A stretch of 38,262 nucleotides of DNA from Candidatus Woesearchaeota archaeon (GCA_018652625.1 JABIBT010000028.1:1-38262), one strand, 5' to 3'. Numbered from the stretch's first letter, positions 1-11,163 are shown. Made by a program: numbers and translations. The notes: generated by a model from the sequence alone, not told the origin.

Positions 1-2
1 AA

Positions 3-347
3 AGCGGTTCTGTAGAGTATTCCAATGTTCTTAGGGTAGAAATTACGAATACTGTCTTTAAATCTAATGGAAGAATAAAAGAAACTTTTTTTACGTATAA
101 TACACCAGATTATTTAACCGATTCGCACCCTGCAATAAAATTTGAGAATGGGAGAGAATTGTTGATGGAGTTATCTCATGTTTTGAGAGAATATAGGAAA
201 GACTCAGGGATTTTGGATGCTAGGTTTGAGTTTATAAATGTTGGAGTAATTCATCCTACCTTAGTTGAAATTACTGAAAAGAAAAATATTTCTGAAGGAA
301 TGGCTAAGGAATTACAAACGATATTGGAAGAAAGATTGAGTTCTTAG
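3..347 (+). CDS. hypothetical protein, 5' end cut by window edge
   Basis: Frame 3 is open from nt 3 to the TAG at 345-347. The track ORF 159..347 is only the tail, starting at an internal TTG. No recognisable motif. Confidence 0.4.
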   Translation, partial: SGSVEYSNVLRVEITNTVFKSNGRIKETFFTYNTPDYLTDSHPAIKFENGRELLMELSHVLREYRKDSGILDARFEFINVGVIHPTLVEITEKKNISEGMAKELQTILEERLSS

Positions 348-348
348 T

Positions 349-1533
349 TTACTTTCCTAAAATTAATTCTATAATATCTAAATGTTTTAGTTGATGGTCT
401 TTTCCTATAGTTCTTTTTGTTTTTACGTCTATTGCTCTTATGAATTTCTTTCCAAAATCGGTGTGTAATCTAAATGCAAAATCTAATGCAGTTGTTCCTT
501 CTTTCATTAAAAAACAATCTGGAAGAACATTTCCATCTGAATCTTCTAATTTTGAAACTCCTCCTGGATGGATTGCAATTCTATTTAATGAGTCAAACAC
601 GGCAGTGTCTATTATTTTTTGTACTCCAGTAAAATTAAAACTAGAAAGAACATTATTTTTTATTAATTCTAAACCCTTAGTTTGTTCTTTAGTTAAGTCT
701 TTTTTTATTTCGAAATTGTTTTCTCCAGGAAGGTAATGAATTAGTTTATGTTTATGTGCTTCTTTTAATGCTAATTCTGATTCTGCTGAACAAGGAAAAA
801 TTATATGATTTGGAAATTCTTTTTTTAGTTGTTCATAGTTTTCTTCAGAACCAGGAATATCTATTTTATTTGCTGCTATAATCATTGGTTTTGTTTCTGC
901 TCTTAATTTTGAAGCAAGTTTAAACATTTCTTCTTCTGACCACGAAGTAGGATTTTCTGGTAGATCTTTTGCATATTTTTTAACCATATCTTCAGTTACT
1001 CTTAAACCAGATAACTGTTTTGCTAATGCTTTTGAAATTTCCAAATGTTCTTGTTGTACAGTTCTTGAGAATTTTTCCCATCCTTTTTTTAAGATTCTTA
1101 GATACCACATGTCTAATTCAAATTCTAAAAATCTTACGTCGTTACTTGGACTATAAGATAATGTTGGAACTGGTTCTCCTTTTTCGTTTGTTGAACCAGA
1201 AATATCAACTACATGAATTAATGCATCTGCTTGGTTTAAGTCATCTAAAAATTGTGAGCCCATTCCTTTTCCTTCATGTGCTCCCGGAACTAAACCGGCT
1301 ACATCTAACAATTCAACTGGAACAAATCTAAATTTATCTATTGTGAAACCTTCTCTTGGATTGGATGGTTTTCCATACTCTTGAGCGATATCTTTTATTT
1401 TTACGTGTCCTGCTCCCCGGTTTGGTTTTATTGTTGTGAATGGGTAATTAGCTATGTCTATATCTGCTAGAGTCATTGCTTTAAAGAAAGTTGATTTTCC
1501 TGATGATGGTTTTCCCACGATTCCAATTAACAT
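349..1533 (-). CDS. YchF/Obg-family translation-associated GTPase with C-terminal TGS-like domain
   Basis: N-terminal P-loop [15 protein letters not shown] (DxxG) and NKID (NKxD). The C-terminal segment [43 protein letters not shown] is TGS-like. Overall pattern resembles the archaeal MJ1332/PH0525-type GTPases as I recall them. Confidence 0.85.
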   Translation of the reverse strand: MLIGIVGKPSSGKSTFFKAMTLADIDIANYPFTTIKPNRGAGHVKIKDIAQEYGKPSNPREGFTIDKFRFVPVELLDVAGLVPGAHEGKGMGSQFLDDLNQADALIHVVDISGSTNEKGEPVPTLSYSPSNDVRFLEFELDMWYLRILKKGWEKFSRTVQQEHLEISKALAKQLSGLRVTEDMVKKYAKDLPENPTSWSEEEMFKLASKLRAETKPMIIAANKIDIPGSEENYEQLKKEFPNHIIFPCSAESELALKEAHKHKLIHYLPGENNFEIKKDLTKEQTKGLELIKNNVLSSFNFTGVQKIIDTAVFDSLNRIAIHPGGVSKLEDSDGNVLPDCFLMKEGTTALDFAFRLHTDFGKKFIRAIDVKTKRTIGKDHQLKHLDIIELILGK

Positions 1534-1554
1534 GTTTTTTTCAAATAGAAGTTT

Positions 1555-1562
1555 ATTTAAAT
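1555..1562. promoter_or_regulatory. palindromic TATA box ATTTAAAT shared by divergent genes
   Basis: The perfect palindrome ATTTAAAT is centred about 25 nt from both the minus-strand ATG (1533) and the plus-strand ATG (1583). Confidence 0.4.
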
Positions 1563-1582
1563 AACTTTGTTTTGGTATTTAT

Positions 1583-1924
1583 ATGAGAAGCATATTGCGT
1601 TCTAAAATCCATAAGGCTACTGTAACTGAAGCTGACTTAGGCTATGTAGGTAGTATAACCATTGATGAAGATTTAATTGATAAGGTTGGTTTTATGGACG
1701 GTGAAAAAGTTTTGGTAGTTGATAATACTAACGGTGCTAGGCTAGAAACTTATGTAATAGTTGGTGAGAGAGGTTCTGGAATAATATGTATGAATGGAGC
1801 AGCAGCACATCTGATAAAAAAAGGTGATGAAATCATCATCATGGGTTTTGAGTTGACTGATAAACCAATTAAATCTAAAAATATTTTAGTTGATGAAAAT
1901 AATAAATTTGTGAGATATTTATAA
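1583..1924 (+). CDS. panD: aspartate 1-decarboxylase (pyruvoyl-dependent, bacterial PanD type)
   Basis: [23 protein letters not shown]|SITID contains the Gly24-Ser25 self-cleavage site. The NGAAAH motif is present and the length (113 aa) is typical of PanD. Confidence 0.85.
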   Translation: MRSILRSKIHKATVTEADLGYVGSITIDEDLIDKVGFMDGEKVLVVDNTNGARLETYVIVGERGSGIICMNGAAAHLIKKGDEIIIMGFELTDKPIKSKNILVDENNKFVRYL

Positions 1925-1964
1925 TAAAATCAAATTATTTTATGGATTTTACTTTAGTTAATTT

Positions 1965-1982
1965 TTTAAATAACTTTGTTTT
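1965..1982 (+). promoter_or_regulatory. TATA/promoter module TTTAAATAACTTTGTTTT (second copy)
   Basis: This 18-mer is identical to 1556..1573. In both copies it ends exactly 9 nt before an ATG (1583 and 1992). Confidence 0.45.
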
Positions 1983-1991
1983 CCCGTTCTT

Positions 1992-2486
1992 ATGTTTCCT
2001 TTTGAGCATTTAGTGGTGATTTGGATTGTTGCTTCTATAATCCAAAAAGTTAGTAAGATAAAAATCTCTAGATTGGGGTGGGCATTATTATTTTTTGGAG
2101 CCTTACTTCCGGATGTAGATTATTTGTTTGTTTGGATATCTAATAGTCCAATACATAGAACATTTACACATTCATTTGTATTTGTTATACTTGGATTTTT
2201 TGTAAGTTATTTTATTTTGAAACAGTATAAATTAGAAAAAGAATCTATATTTTTTTCTATAGGTATTTTTAGTCATGTAATTTTGGACATGTTTATTTTT
2301 CCTGGTTTAATGTTATTTTGGCCAATAGGAACTTTGTTTTCTTTTTATGGATTAACTAATTTATTTGTAATGCCCGTTGTTACGATTGGTACTTTACATC
2401 TTTATGTTAAGTGGCTTTTGTTTGATATTGTTTTGGGAGTTGTTTGGTTGAGTTATTTATATTTTAAGGGAAAAATTAATTTTTAG
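1992..2486 (+). CDS. membrane-bound metal-dependent hydrolase, YdjM/DUF457-like
   Basis: Multi-TM protein with LLPDVDYL, HRTFTHS and SHVILDM..PGLMLFWP. These match the YdjM motifs LLPDIDH, HRGFTHS and SHILADM..LLWP. Confidence 0.7.
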   Translation: MFPFEHLVVIWIVASIIQKVSKIKISRLGWALLFFGALLPDVDYLFVWISNSPIHRTFTHSFVFVILGFFVSYFILKQYKLEKESIFFSIGIFSHVILDMFIFPGLMLFWPIGTLFSFYGLTNLFVMPVVTIGTLHLYVKWLLFDIVLGVVWLSYLYFKGKINF

Positions 2487-2524
2487 AAAGTTTTATATAT
2501 TAAATTTTAGTCTTTTTTTATTAA

Positions 2525-2634
2525 GAGCCCGTAGCTTAGCCTGGTGGAGCACCGGTCTTATATGACGGTTATTGATTTTGTCAATAGCTTGCTAGGAACA
2601 CCGGCGGTCGGGAGTTCAAATCTCCTCGGGCTCA
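2525..2634 (+). tRNA. tRNA-Ile(UAU) with a 36-nt intron at canonical position 37/38
   Basis: Hand fold: acceptor GAGCCCG/CGGGCTC, D arm GCTT..GAGC, anticodon stem CCGGT/ACCGG, loop CT-TAT-A, T arm GGGAG-TTCAAAT-CTCCT, discriminator A. Exons are 2525-2562 and 2599-2634. The helix CTTA/TAGG flanked by 3-nt bulges TAT and AAC gives a bulge-helix-bulge-like splice motif. Confidence 0.7.
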
Positions 2635-3272
2635 CTTTTATATTCTCCGTACTTTTTCCAGAATTCATATTTTGATTTTTTATAAGGATTGCTTGATCCT
2701 ATTTCACACATCCATTTTGTTACTTCCTTTTTCCCGTGTAACTTTATAGAATCCTTATAGTGACTTAGTATTGGGTTAAATCCCTTACCTCTTAATATTT
2801 TTAGAAGTTGGTTAATTAAATTTGTGTTGTGTGAAGATATTTCTATTATGGGATATGTTCTTTTGTCTCTTTTGTGATTGTTTTTTGTAAAATAAATCGA
2901 TCCGTCAGTATCAAATAACCCCCTTAATACATTGTTAATAAAACCTTTTTTTAGAAACTTGTTTGAGATTATCATTCCTTGTTTTTTTCCATAAGGAAAG
3001 TTTAACTGGTCATTTAAAAAAGCGGAGAATTTTTTATTTGAGAATGTAATAAATATTGCATTTTTGTTATTTCTGTAACCAATTGATATCTTTCTTTTTG
3101 TTATTCTTTCAATGAGATTTTGTAAGTATGTGTAATACTCTCTGTCATTTTGGCTGTGCCCATCTATTCTGATTATTTCTTTGTTTCTATTTTGTGAATA
3201 AAATTTGGATATGCATCCATCTCCTAGTAAGATTCCATAAAATTCTGCTAACTCTTTATTTATTTTAAACAT
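2616..3272 (-). CDS. free-standing double-motif LAGLIDADG homing endonuclease-like protein
   Basis: Two LAGLIDADG motifs are present: FYGILLGDGCI near the N-terminus and LRGLFDTDGSIYF mid-protein. It has its own TATA (TTTATAAA, 3291-3298) about 20 nt upstream of the ATG at 3272. The last 6 codons and the TGA stop are antisense to the tRNA 3' end. Confidence 0.8.
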   Translation of the reverse strand: MFKINKELAEFYGILLGDGCISKFYSQNRNKEIIRIDGHSQNDREYYTYLQNLIERITKRKISIGYRNNKNAIFITFSNKKFSAFLNDQLNFPYGKKQGMIISNKFLKKGFINNVLRGLFDTDGSIYFTKNNHKRDKRTYPIIEISSHNTNLINQLLKILRGKGFNPILSHYKDSIKLHGKKEVTKWMCEIGSSNPYKKSKYEFWKKYGEYKSEPEEI

Positions 3273-3366
3273 CTTTTAGATATGCTTTTTATGTTTATAA
3301 ATTCTGTCTGCGTGCGTGGCAAGATGGCAAGGAAGATTTTATAAAGAATATTTTTTAAGTTTAAGT

Positions 3367-3666
3367 ATGGTCCATTCAAATTTTGGTTTGAGACATTTTA
3401 GTAAAAGAAAGAAAAGAAGTTTTATTGATAAGTTAATTTATGTTTTTGCTATAGGTGGACCGTTGATGAACATCCCCCAATTATTAAAAATTTGGACCGA
3501 AAAAAATTCCTCTGGTGTTTCTGTAATTTCTTGGATTGGTTTTTCTCTGACAGCTTTAATTTGGTTAGTGTATGGTATTATTCATAAAGAGAAACCTATT
3601 ATAGTTGCTAATATTTTATACTTCGTTTTACAAGTCGGAGTTATTATTGGTGCTTTAGCCTATTAG
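3367..3666 (+). CDS. PQ-loop / SemiSWEET-like 3-TM membrane protein
   Basis: About 99 aa from the in-frame ATG at 3367, with a TATA (TTTTATAAA) about 27 nt upstream. It has three predicted TM helices and a PQ motif in TM1 (GGPLMNIPQLLKIW). The track start 3316 is a GTG with no promoter support. Confidence 0.6.
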   Translation: MVHSNFGLRHFSKRKKRSFIDKLIYVFAIGGPLMNIPQLLKIWTEKNSSGVSVISWIGFSLTALIWLVYGIIHKEKPIIVANILYFVLQVGVIIGALAY

Positions 3667-3705
3667 AGAAAGTTTTAAAAACTCTTGATTTTCTCAATTC
3701 ATTAT

Positions 3706-3780
3706 GCTCCTGTAGTGTAGTCCGGCCAAGCATATGTGGTTTTCGTCCACATGACCCGGGTTCAAATCCCGGCGGGAGCA
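3706..3780 (+). tRNA. tRNA-Glu(UUC)
   Basis: Acceptor GCTCCTG/CGGGAGC, anticodon stem TGTGG/CCACA with loop TT-TTC-GT, T arm CCGGG-TTCAAAT-CCCGG, discriminator A. Confidence 0.9.
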
Positions 3781-3806
3781 TACTTTTATTTTTAGAATAA
3801 GTTCTT

Positions 3807-4430
3807 TTAATTAAAATTTTTGTAATTTAGATTGAAACCATATATCTCTTTGAATTTTTTTTCAAATTGTTGTTTTGATTTTATTTCTTTGCTGACTTTG
3901 ATTAAATTTAGAAGTTTAGTTTTACCGTACTTTTTTGCTAAAAATTCTATTGCAAATCCAGATTCTTGATATAGGCCTGGGCCATATTTTTCATCACATT
4001 CTAGAAATTTGTTTAGTTTTTTTGGCTTTTTCTTTATTTTAGTTTGTCCAGATAGATATATAGCTATTCCTTCCCATAACCAATATGGTTTCTTTTTCTT
4101 TTTTGTTATGATTCTTGTAAATGTATGGACTAGTTCATGTTTTAGTAATGCGGAATACCTCTCTTTTATGTATTTACAGTTATGGCATTTTTCGCATTCT
4201 TTTTTATCTAACATATAGACATCTTTTCCATTTATCCAACCCACAACCCACTCTGGAACATTTTCTCCTCTGATATAATTTCTCATCTTTTTTGAAGGAA
4301 TAATGAATACATTTGGCCTATTTATTTTCCATTTTAATTTAAAAAATTTTTCTAGGTCTCTCATAGAATCTTCGTAAACTTTTTCTAGAAATTTGTTTTT
4401 TTTCTTGTCTATTTCTAATGAATAAATCAT
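3807..4430 (-). CDS. putative zinc metalloprotease, peptidase-MA-like
   Basis: HExxH motif (LLKHELVHTF) followed by WLWEGIAIYLSG, the pattern I associate with the MA-clan peptidase_MA_2 family. No signal peptide is evident. Confidence 0.55.
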   Translation of the reverse strand: MIYSLEIDKKKNKFLEKVYEDSMRDLEKFFKLKWKINRPNVFIIPSKKMRNYIRGENVPEWVVGWINGKDVYMLDKKECEKCHNCKYIKERYSALLKHELVHTFTRIITKKKKKPYWLWEGIAIYLSGQTKIKKKPKKLNKFLECDEKYGPGLYQESGFAIEFLAKKYGKTKLLNLIKVSKEIKSKQQFEKKFKEIYGFNLNYKNFN

Positions 4431-4508
4431 GAAATTGGGTTTAATTTATTAATATAATAATCTTTTGTTTTTAGAAAATTTTAAAAACAACCATTCCAAA
4501 TTTTAGTT

Positions 4509-4937
4509 ATGGAAAAACAAATTAAAAAAGAGGATAAAATTAAAAAAATTATTTCTGAGAAAAAAATTAAAGTTTCTCATAGATTTGTATCCGCGTTATC
4601 TTTAGTTAGCATTTTAGGATTTATTGGTATTGTGAGTTATGCCCTATTTAATTTTAATTTAAATAATTATGTTGAGGCTTTGTTAATGCTTACAATCGGT
4701 ACTGGTTTGATTTTGGAGGCAAATATTAATTCTTTGAAATCTATAAATGTCGAGGGACTTACTAAGAATAATTTTACACATTTAACTACTATGATCATAG
4801 GGGGCATTGCAGTTTTAGCAGGGATTTTTAGTTTTCCAGGGATAAGAATAGAAAACCCTTCTTTCTTGGCTGTTAAAGGAATCATCAGTATAATTGCCAT
4901 TATTTTTATTATAATTCAAACTTGGGTTATTGAATAA
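4509..4937 (+). CDS. hypothetical multi-TM membrane protein
   Basis: Lys-rich N-terminus followed by 4 hydrophobic segments. A TATA (TTTTAAAAA) lies about 30 nt upstream. Confidence 0.5.
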   Translation: MEKQIKKEDKIKKIISEKKIKVSHRFVSALSLVSILGFIGIVSYALFNFNLNNYVEALLMLTIGTGLILEANINSLKSINVEGLTKNNFTHLTTMIIGGIAVLAGIFSFPGIRIENPSFLAVKGIISIIAIIFIIIQTWVIE

Positions 4938-4984
4938 AGTTTAGAAAGATTTATAAAAAGTGATTAAGCATTCAAATTTACAAA

Positions 4985-5086
4985 ATGAAAAGAAGTAGCA
5001 ATCGTTGGAAGAAAAAAGGTCAAATGCGTTGGAAGTGGCAACGTAAAAAGATGAAGAAAGAGAAAAGAAAAAGAAAGGGCAAGTAA
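4985..5086 (+). CDS. rpl41e: probable ribosomal protein L41e (33 aa, below ORF-track cutoff)
   Basis: Translates to MKRSSNRWKKKGQMRWKWQRKKMKKEKRKRKGK. The core RWKWQRKKMKKEKRKRK resembles the L41e signature (KWRKKRMRRLKRKRRK). BRE/TATA AGAAAGATTTATAAAA lies about 30 nt upstream. Confidence 0.5.
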   Translation: MKRSSNRWKKKGQMRWKWQRKKMKKEKRKRKGK

Positions 5087-5121
5087 TTAGAATTCTATTT
5101 ACCACTTTTTCATCAGAAAAC

Positions 5122-5129
5122 TTTATAAA
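5122..5129 (+). promoter_or_regulatory. rRNA operon TATA box (TTTATAAA)
   Basis: This is the consensus TATA seen before most genes here. It lies about 90 nt upstream of the 16S processing helix. Confidence 0.5.
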
Positions 5130-5220
5130 GGAGATACCTTCTCATTTCAATACATTTCGTTGACGAAGAGTGTTTCTTCTGAGAAATTTTATGAGTACTT
5201 AATTAAAAATATTGAGTATG

Positions 5221-5250
5221 ATGTATGAACAAAGTCAAACTTAGTAGTGA
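5221..5250 (+). promoter_or_regulatory. 16S rRNA processing stem, 5' strand (pairs with 6765..6794)
   Basis: ATGTATGAACA (5221-5231) is the perfect complement of 6784-6794. ACTTAGTAGTGA (5239-5250) pairs with 6765-6776 (one G-U). The two helices are separated by 7-nt internal bulges, typical of an archaeal pre-rRNA helix. Confidence 0.7.
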
Positions 5251-5284
5251 AACTAAACCAATTTTAAATAAGGTATGCGATACA

Positions 5285-6754
5285 ATTCCCGTTGATCCTG
5301 CGGGAGGTTGCTGCTATTGGAATTCGAATTAGCCATGCAAGTCAGGGGGTTTTCGGACCACCGGCGAAAGGCTCAGTAACACGTCAATAATCTGCCCTTA
5401 GATTGGGGATAACTTCGGGAAACTGAAGCTAATACCCAATACGAGATAGATACTGGAAAGTTCTTTCTCTGAAACGTAAGGTCTAAGGATGAGTTGGCGG
5501 CTGATTAGGCTGTTGGTGAGGTAACGGCTCACCAAACCGATGATCAGTAGGGGAGATGAGAGTCTTAGCCCCGAGAAGGACACGGAGGTACTTGTCCTAG
5601 TCCTAAGGGACGCAGCAGGCACGGAACCTTTACAATGCACGAAAGTGTGATAAGGGAATTCCAAGTGCTCTATCAATGATAGGGCTTTTGTCGAGTGTAA
5701 GGAGCTCGTCGAATAAGTGGTGGGCAAGACTGGTGCCAGCCGCCGCGGTAACACCAGCGCCACAAGTGGCAACCATGTTTATTGGGTCTAAAGCGTCCGT
5801 AGCCGGTTTGATAAATTTCTTGTGAAATTGTTCAGCTTAACTGAACAGCGTGCAAGAAAGACTGTCGAACTTGAGACCGGGAGGAGACAAAGGTATTCCA
5901 GGGGGAACGGTAAAATGTAATAATCCTTGGAGGACCACCAATGGCGAAGGCATTTGTCTAGAACGGTTCTGACGGTCAGGGACGAAAGCTAGGGGAGCAA
6001 AACGGATTAGATACCCGAGTAGTCCTAGCTGTAAACGCTGCGAGCTAGGTGGTGCGTATTCTTCGGGAATATGCAACGCCCTAACGAAGGTGTTAAGCTC
6101 GCCACCTGGGAAGTATAGTCGCAAGGCCGAAACTTAAAGGAATTGGCGGGGGCTCGCTACAAGGGGTGCGGCGTGCGGTTTAATCTAATTACACACAGAG
6201 AATCTCACCAGCAGCGACGGCAGGATGAAGGTCAGATTGAAGGTTTTACCTGACAAGCCGAGAGGTGTTGCATGGCCGTCGTCAGTTCGTGCCGTAAGGT
6301 GTTGCGTTAAGTCGTATAACGAACAAGACCCATGCCTACATTTGCCATCGTCTTCTATGGAAGGAACGAGCACAATGTAGGAACTGCCTTGGAAACGAGG
6401 AGGAAGGTGTGGGCAACGATAGGTCTGTATGACCCGAATCTGCTGGGCTACACGCGCGCAACAATGGTAGAGACAATGGGATACAACTCCGAAAGGAGAA
6501 GTTAAGCCTCTAAACTCTATCTTAGTCTAGATTGAGGTTTGTAATTCAGCCTCATGACAATGGAATCCCTAGTAATCGGGTGTCAACAGCGCCCGGTGAA
6601 CACGTCCACGAGCCTTGCACACACTGCCCGTCATCCCAACCGAGCAGGGCTTTGGTGAGGTTTATTTTTTTGAATGAATCGAATCTAAGTTCAGTGAGGT
6701 GGGGCAAGTCGTCACAAGGTATCCGTAGGGGAACCTGCGGATGGATCACCTCCT
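5285..6754 (+). rRNA. rrs: 16S rRNA, archaeal, about 1470 nt, no intron
   Basis: 5' end is ATTCCCGTTGATCCTGCGGGAGG. The GTGCCAGCCGCCGCGGTAA motif is present. 3' end is GGATCACCTCCT (anti-SD CCUCC). Confidence 0.95.
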
Positions 6755-6800
6755 ATATTATTTTTCATTACTAAGTGCTTAGATGTTCATACATTATTTT

Positions 6801-6871
6801 GGGCCCATAGTCTAGTGGTAGAACAGGGCGTTTGCAACGCCCAGGCCCGGGTTCGATTCCCGGTGGGTCCA
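6801..6871 (+). tRNA. tRNA-Ala(UGC) in the 16S-23S spacer
   Basis: Acceptor GGGCCCA/TGGGTCC includes the G3:U70 alanine identity pair. Anticodon loop is TT-TGC-AA and the T arm is CCGGG-TTCGATT-CCCGG. Confidence 0.95.
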
Positions 6872-6943
6872 TAACTCAATGCAACTCGATATCCAAAAGA
6901 TGCGGGTGAAGAACTTATTAGTATATCATATTCATAAGTTGTG

Positions 6944-6962
6944 CATAGGCAAAACATACTTG
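6944..6962 (+). promoter_or_regulatory. 23S rRNA processing stem, 5' strand (pairs with 9867..9885)
   Basis: CATAGGCAAAACATACTTG is the perfect 19-nt reverse complement of 9867-9885. Confidence 0.8.
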
Positions 6963-9866
<2,904 letters not shown>

Positions 9867-9996
9867 CAAGTATGTTTTGCCTATGTTTTACTTATTTCTT
9901 TTTAGTAAAACTTTTTAGAATTAGTGAGAGCTATGTTAAATAGTTAGATTTATAAATTGAGATATTTTATCGAAATAATATTAATTGATAATAAAA

Positions 9997-10386
9997 ATGG
10001 ATTCAATATTTATGGAGTTGGGAGTCAGGGGCAATCTGATTTTTGCTGAGATTGCTGCGAGATTTGGTGACTCTAGAACTATGGTGACTGTGCTTGAAGA
10101 AGCAACCATGCAGAGATTGAATATAGCAAAAGATGAACCTGAGATGGATAAACTAACACGAGGGGCCGGTTTAGCTTTTTATAATCTTGCAAAAACACTT
10201 GATGGAGTAGGAGAGAATTTTCATAGAGAGGCTGCTAAATTAAGTTTGGATTATTCTTTACAACATTATGATGATTTAGGAGTAAAGATTACAGTTAGTG
10301 GTGGAACTTTAGATGATTTGAATGATTATGTCAGAAATCCAAATTCAAAGATTTCACTTGAAAATATTGAGTTGAAAATAAATTAA
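9997..10386 (+). CDS. hypothetical protein (orphan, GC-elevated by eye)
   Basis: Long ORF with a TATA (ATTTATAAA) about 45 nt upstream. The ATG at 9997 is preferred over the TTG at 9985. No recognisable motif. Confidence 0.45.
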   Translation: MDSIFMELGVRGNLIFAEIAARFGDSRTMVTVLEEATMQRLNIAKDEPEMDKLTRGAGLAFYNLAKTLDGVGENFHREAAKLSLDYSLQHYDDLGVKITVSGGTLDDLNDYVRNPNSKISLENIELKIN

Positions 10387-10441
10387 TTTTTTCCATAATT
10401 AATCCTAAATATTTATTTTTTAAGATTCATCAATAGGTTTA

Positions 10442-10467
10442 TTTTACCGAAATGTTGTTCGGTAAAA
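10442..10467. other. perfect 10-bp hairpin TTTTACCGAA-ATGTTG-TTCGGTAAAA
   Basis: Inverted repeat 10442-10451 / 10458-10467 with a 6-nt loop. It lies downstream of a T-run and 55 nt after the stop of the preceding ORF. Confidence 0.3.
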
Positions 10468-10523
10468 CTTGAACTTCTAAGCAAATAGTTAAATTTATAA
10501 AGCATATTCTGGAGTATATATGT

Positions 10524-10824
10524 GTAGGTAAGTGCCTGACTAACCTTTGAGGAGGAAAGTCCACACACAAATATCGGTCGCTTAATTTAAGTCGAGGAAA
10601 CTCGAGGCAACCGCTCAGAAATGGCACGTCCTTACATTGTTTAATAATGAGGCTTGCGAAGTTTCTTGGCAACAAGAGATGAGTTAACCAGCTGAATAGA
10701 TGTAAGGGAACGATGAGACAGCGGAGCACGACTTTGTGCAAGTTTTTGAAACGCTTAGTCGAATGTCAGGATACATTGTCCATTTAAGTGGAATGTTAAC
10801 AGAATGTGGCTTACACTTACCTAC
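10524..10824 (+). ncRNA. rnpB: RNase P RNA (archaeal), about 300 nt
   Basis: CR-I signature GAGGAAAGTCC at 10552-10562 and CR-V-like AACAGAATGTGGCTTAC at 10798-10814. The terminal P1 helix pairs GTAGGTAAGTG (10524-10534) with CACTTACCTAC (10814-10824). A TATA lies about 30 nt upstream, a T-run follows, and the region is a local GC island. Confidence 0.85.
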
Positions 10825-10889
10825 TTTTTATTTTTCATAAAGTTTTTATAGCAGCTAGGTTCTCTATTTTTATAATGGAGGTTATGTAA

Positions 10890-11129
10890 ATGACAGAAAA
10901 AATTGATTTAGTGAAACTTTTGGAAGGAGCAGAGGACGTATCAACTGTTTTTTCTTGGATAGAAAAAAAGGGATTTGATGTTCAGCAGGAACCTAATTTG
11001 AATGGGGCTAGGCCGATCTTAAAAGTGGCTGCCGAATATGCAATTTTAGGAGATAATAGGGTTTCTTTGGAAGGGCAAGTAATTCATGTTTATCAATCTG
11101 GAATGAACTATGTTCCTAAAAAAAGATAA
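10890..11129 (+). CDS. hypothetical protein (79 aa)
   Basis: ORF preceded by a Shine-Dalgarno GGAGGT 8 nt upstream of the ATG. No recognisable motif. Confidence 0.45.
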   Translation: MTEKIDLVKLLEGAEDVSTVFSWIEKKGFDVQQEPNLNGARPILKVAAEYAILGDNRVSLEGQVIHVYQSGMNYVPKKR

Positions 11130-11163
11130 GCTTTATAAATAATCTATTTTTATTTCTATTACT

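Noticed and set aside
5398-6774. Track ORFs inside the 16S rRNA (5398..5772, 5837..6124, 6185..6373, 6532..6774, 6552..6749)
   Set aside because: They lie wholly within a clearly identified 16S rRNA gene. These are chance open frames in GC-richer rRNA sequence.
10509-10520. 12-mer CTGGAGTATATA shared between the RNase P RNA upstream region and 14012..14023 (between the tRNA-His genes), both just downstream of a TATA box
   Set aside because: Exact 12-mer matches are expected by chance many times in 38 kb of AT-rich DNA. The similar context is suggestive but cannot be supported without genome-wide counts.
10439-10741. 100-aa minus-strand ORF
   Set aside because: It is antisense to the RNase P RNA (CR-I/CR-V motifs and P1 helix identified). 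The open frame is explained by the local GC island.
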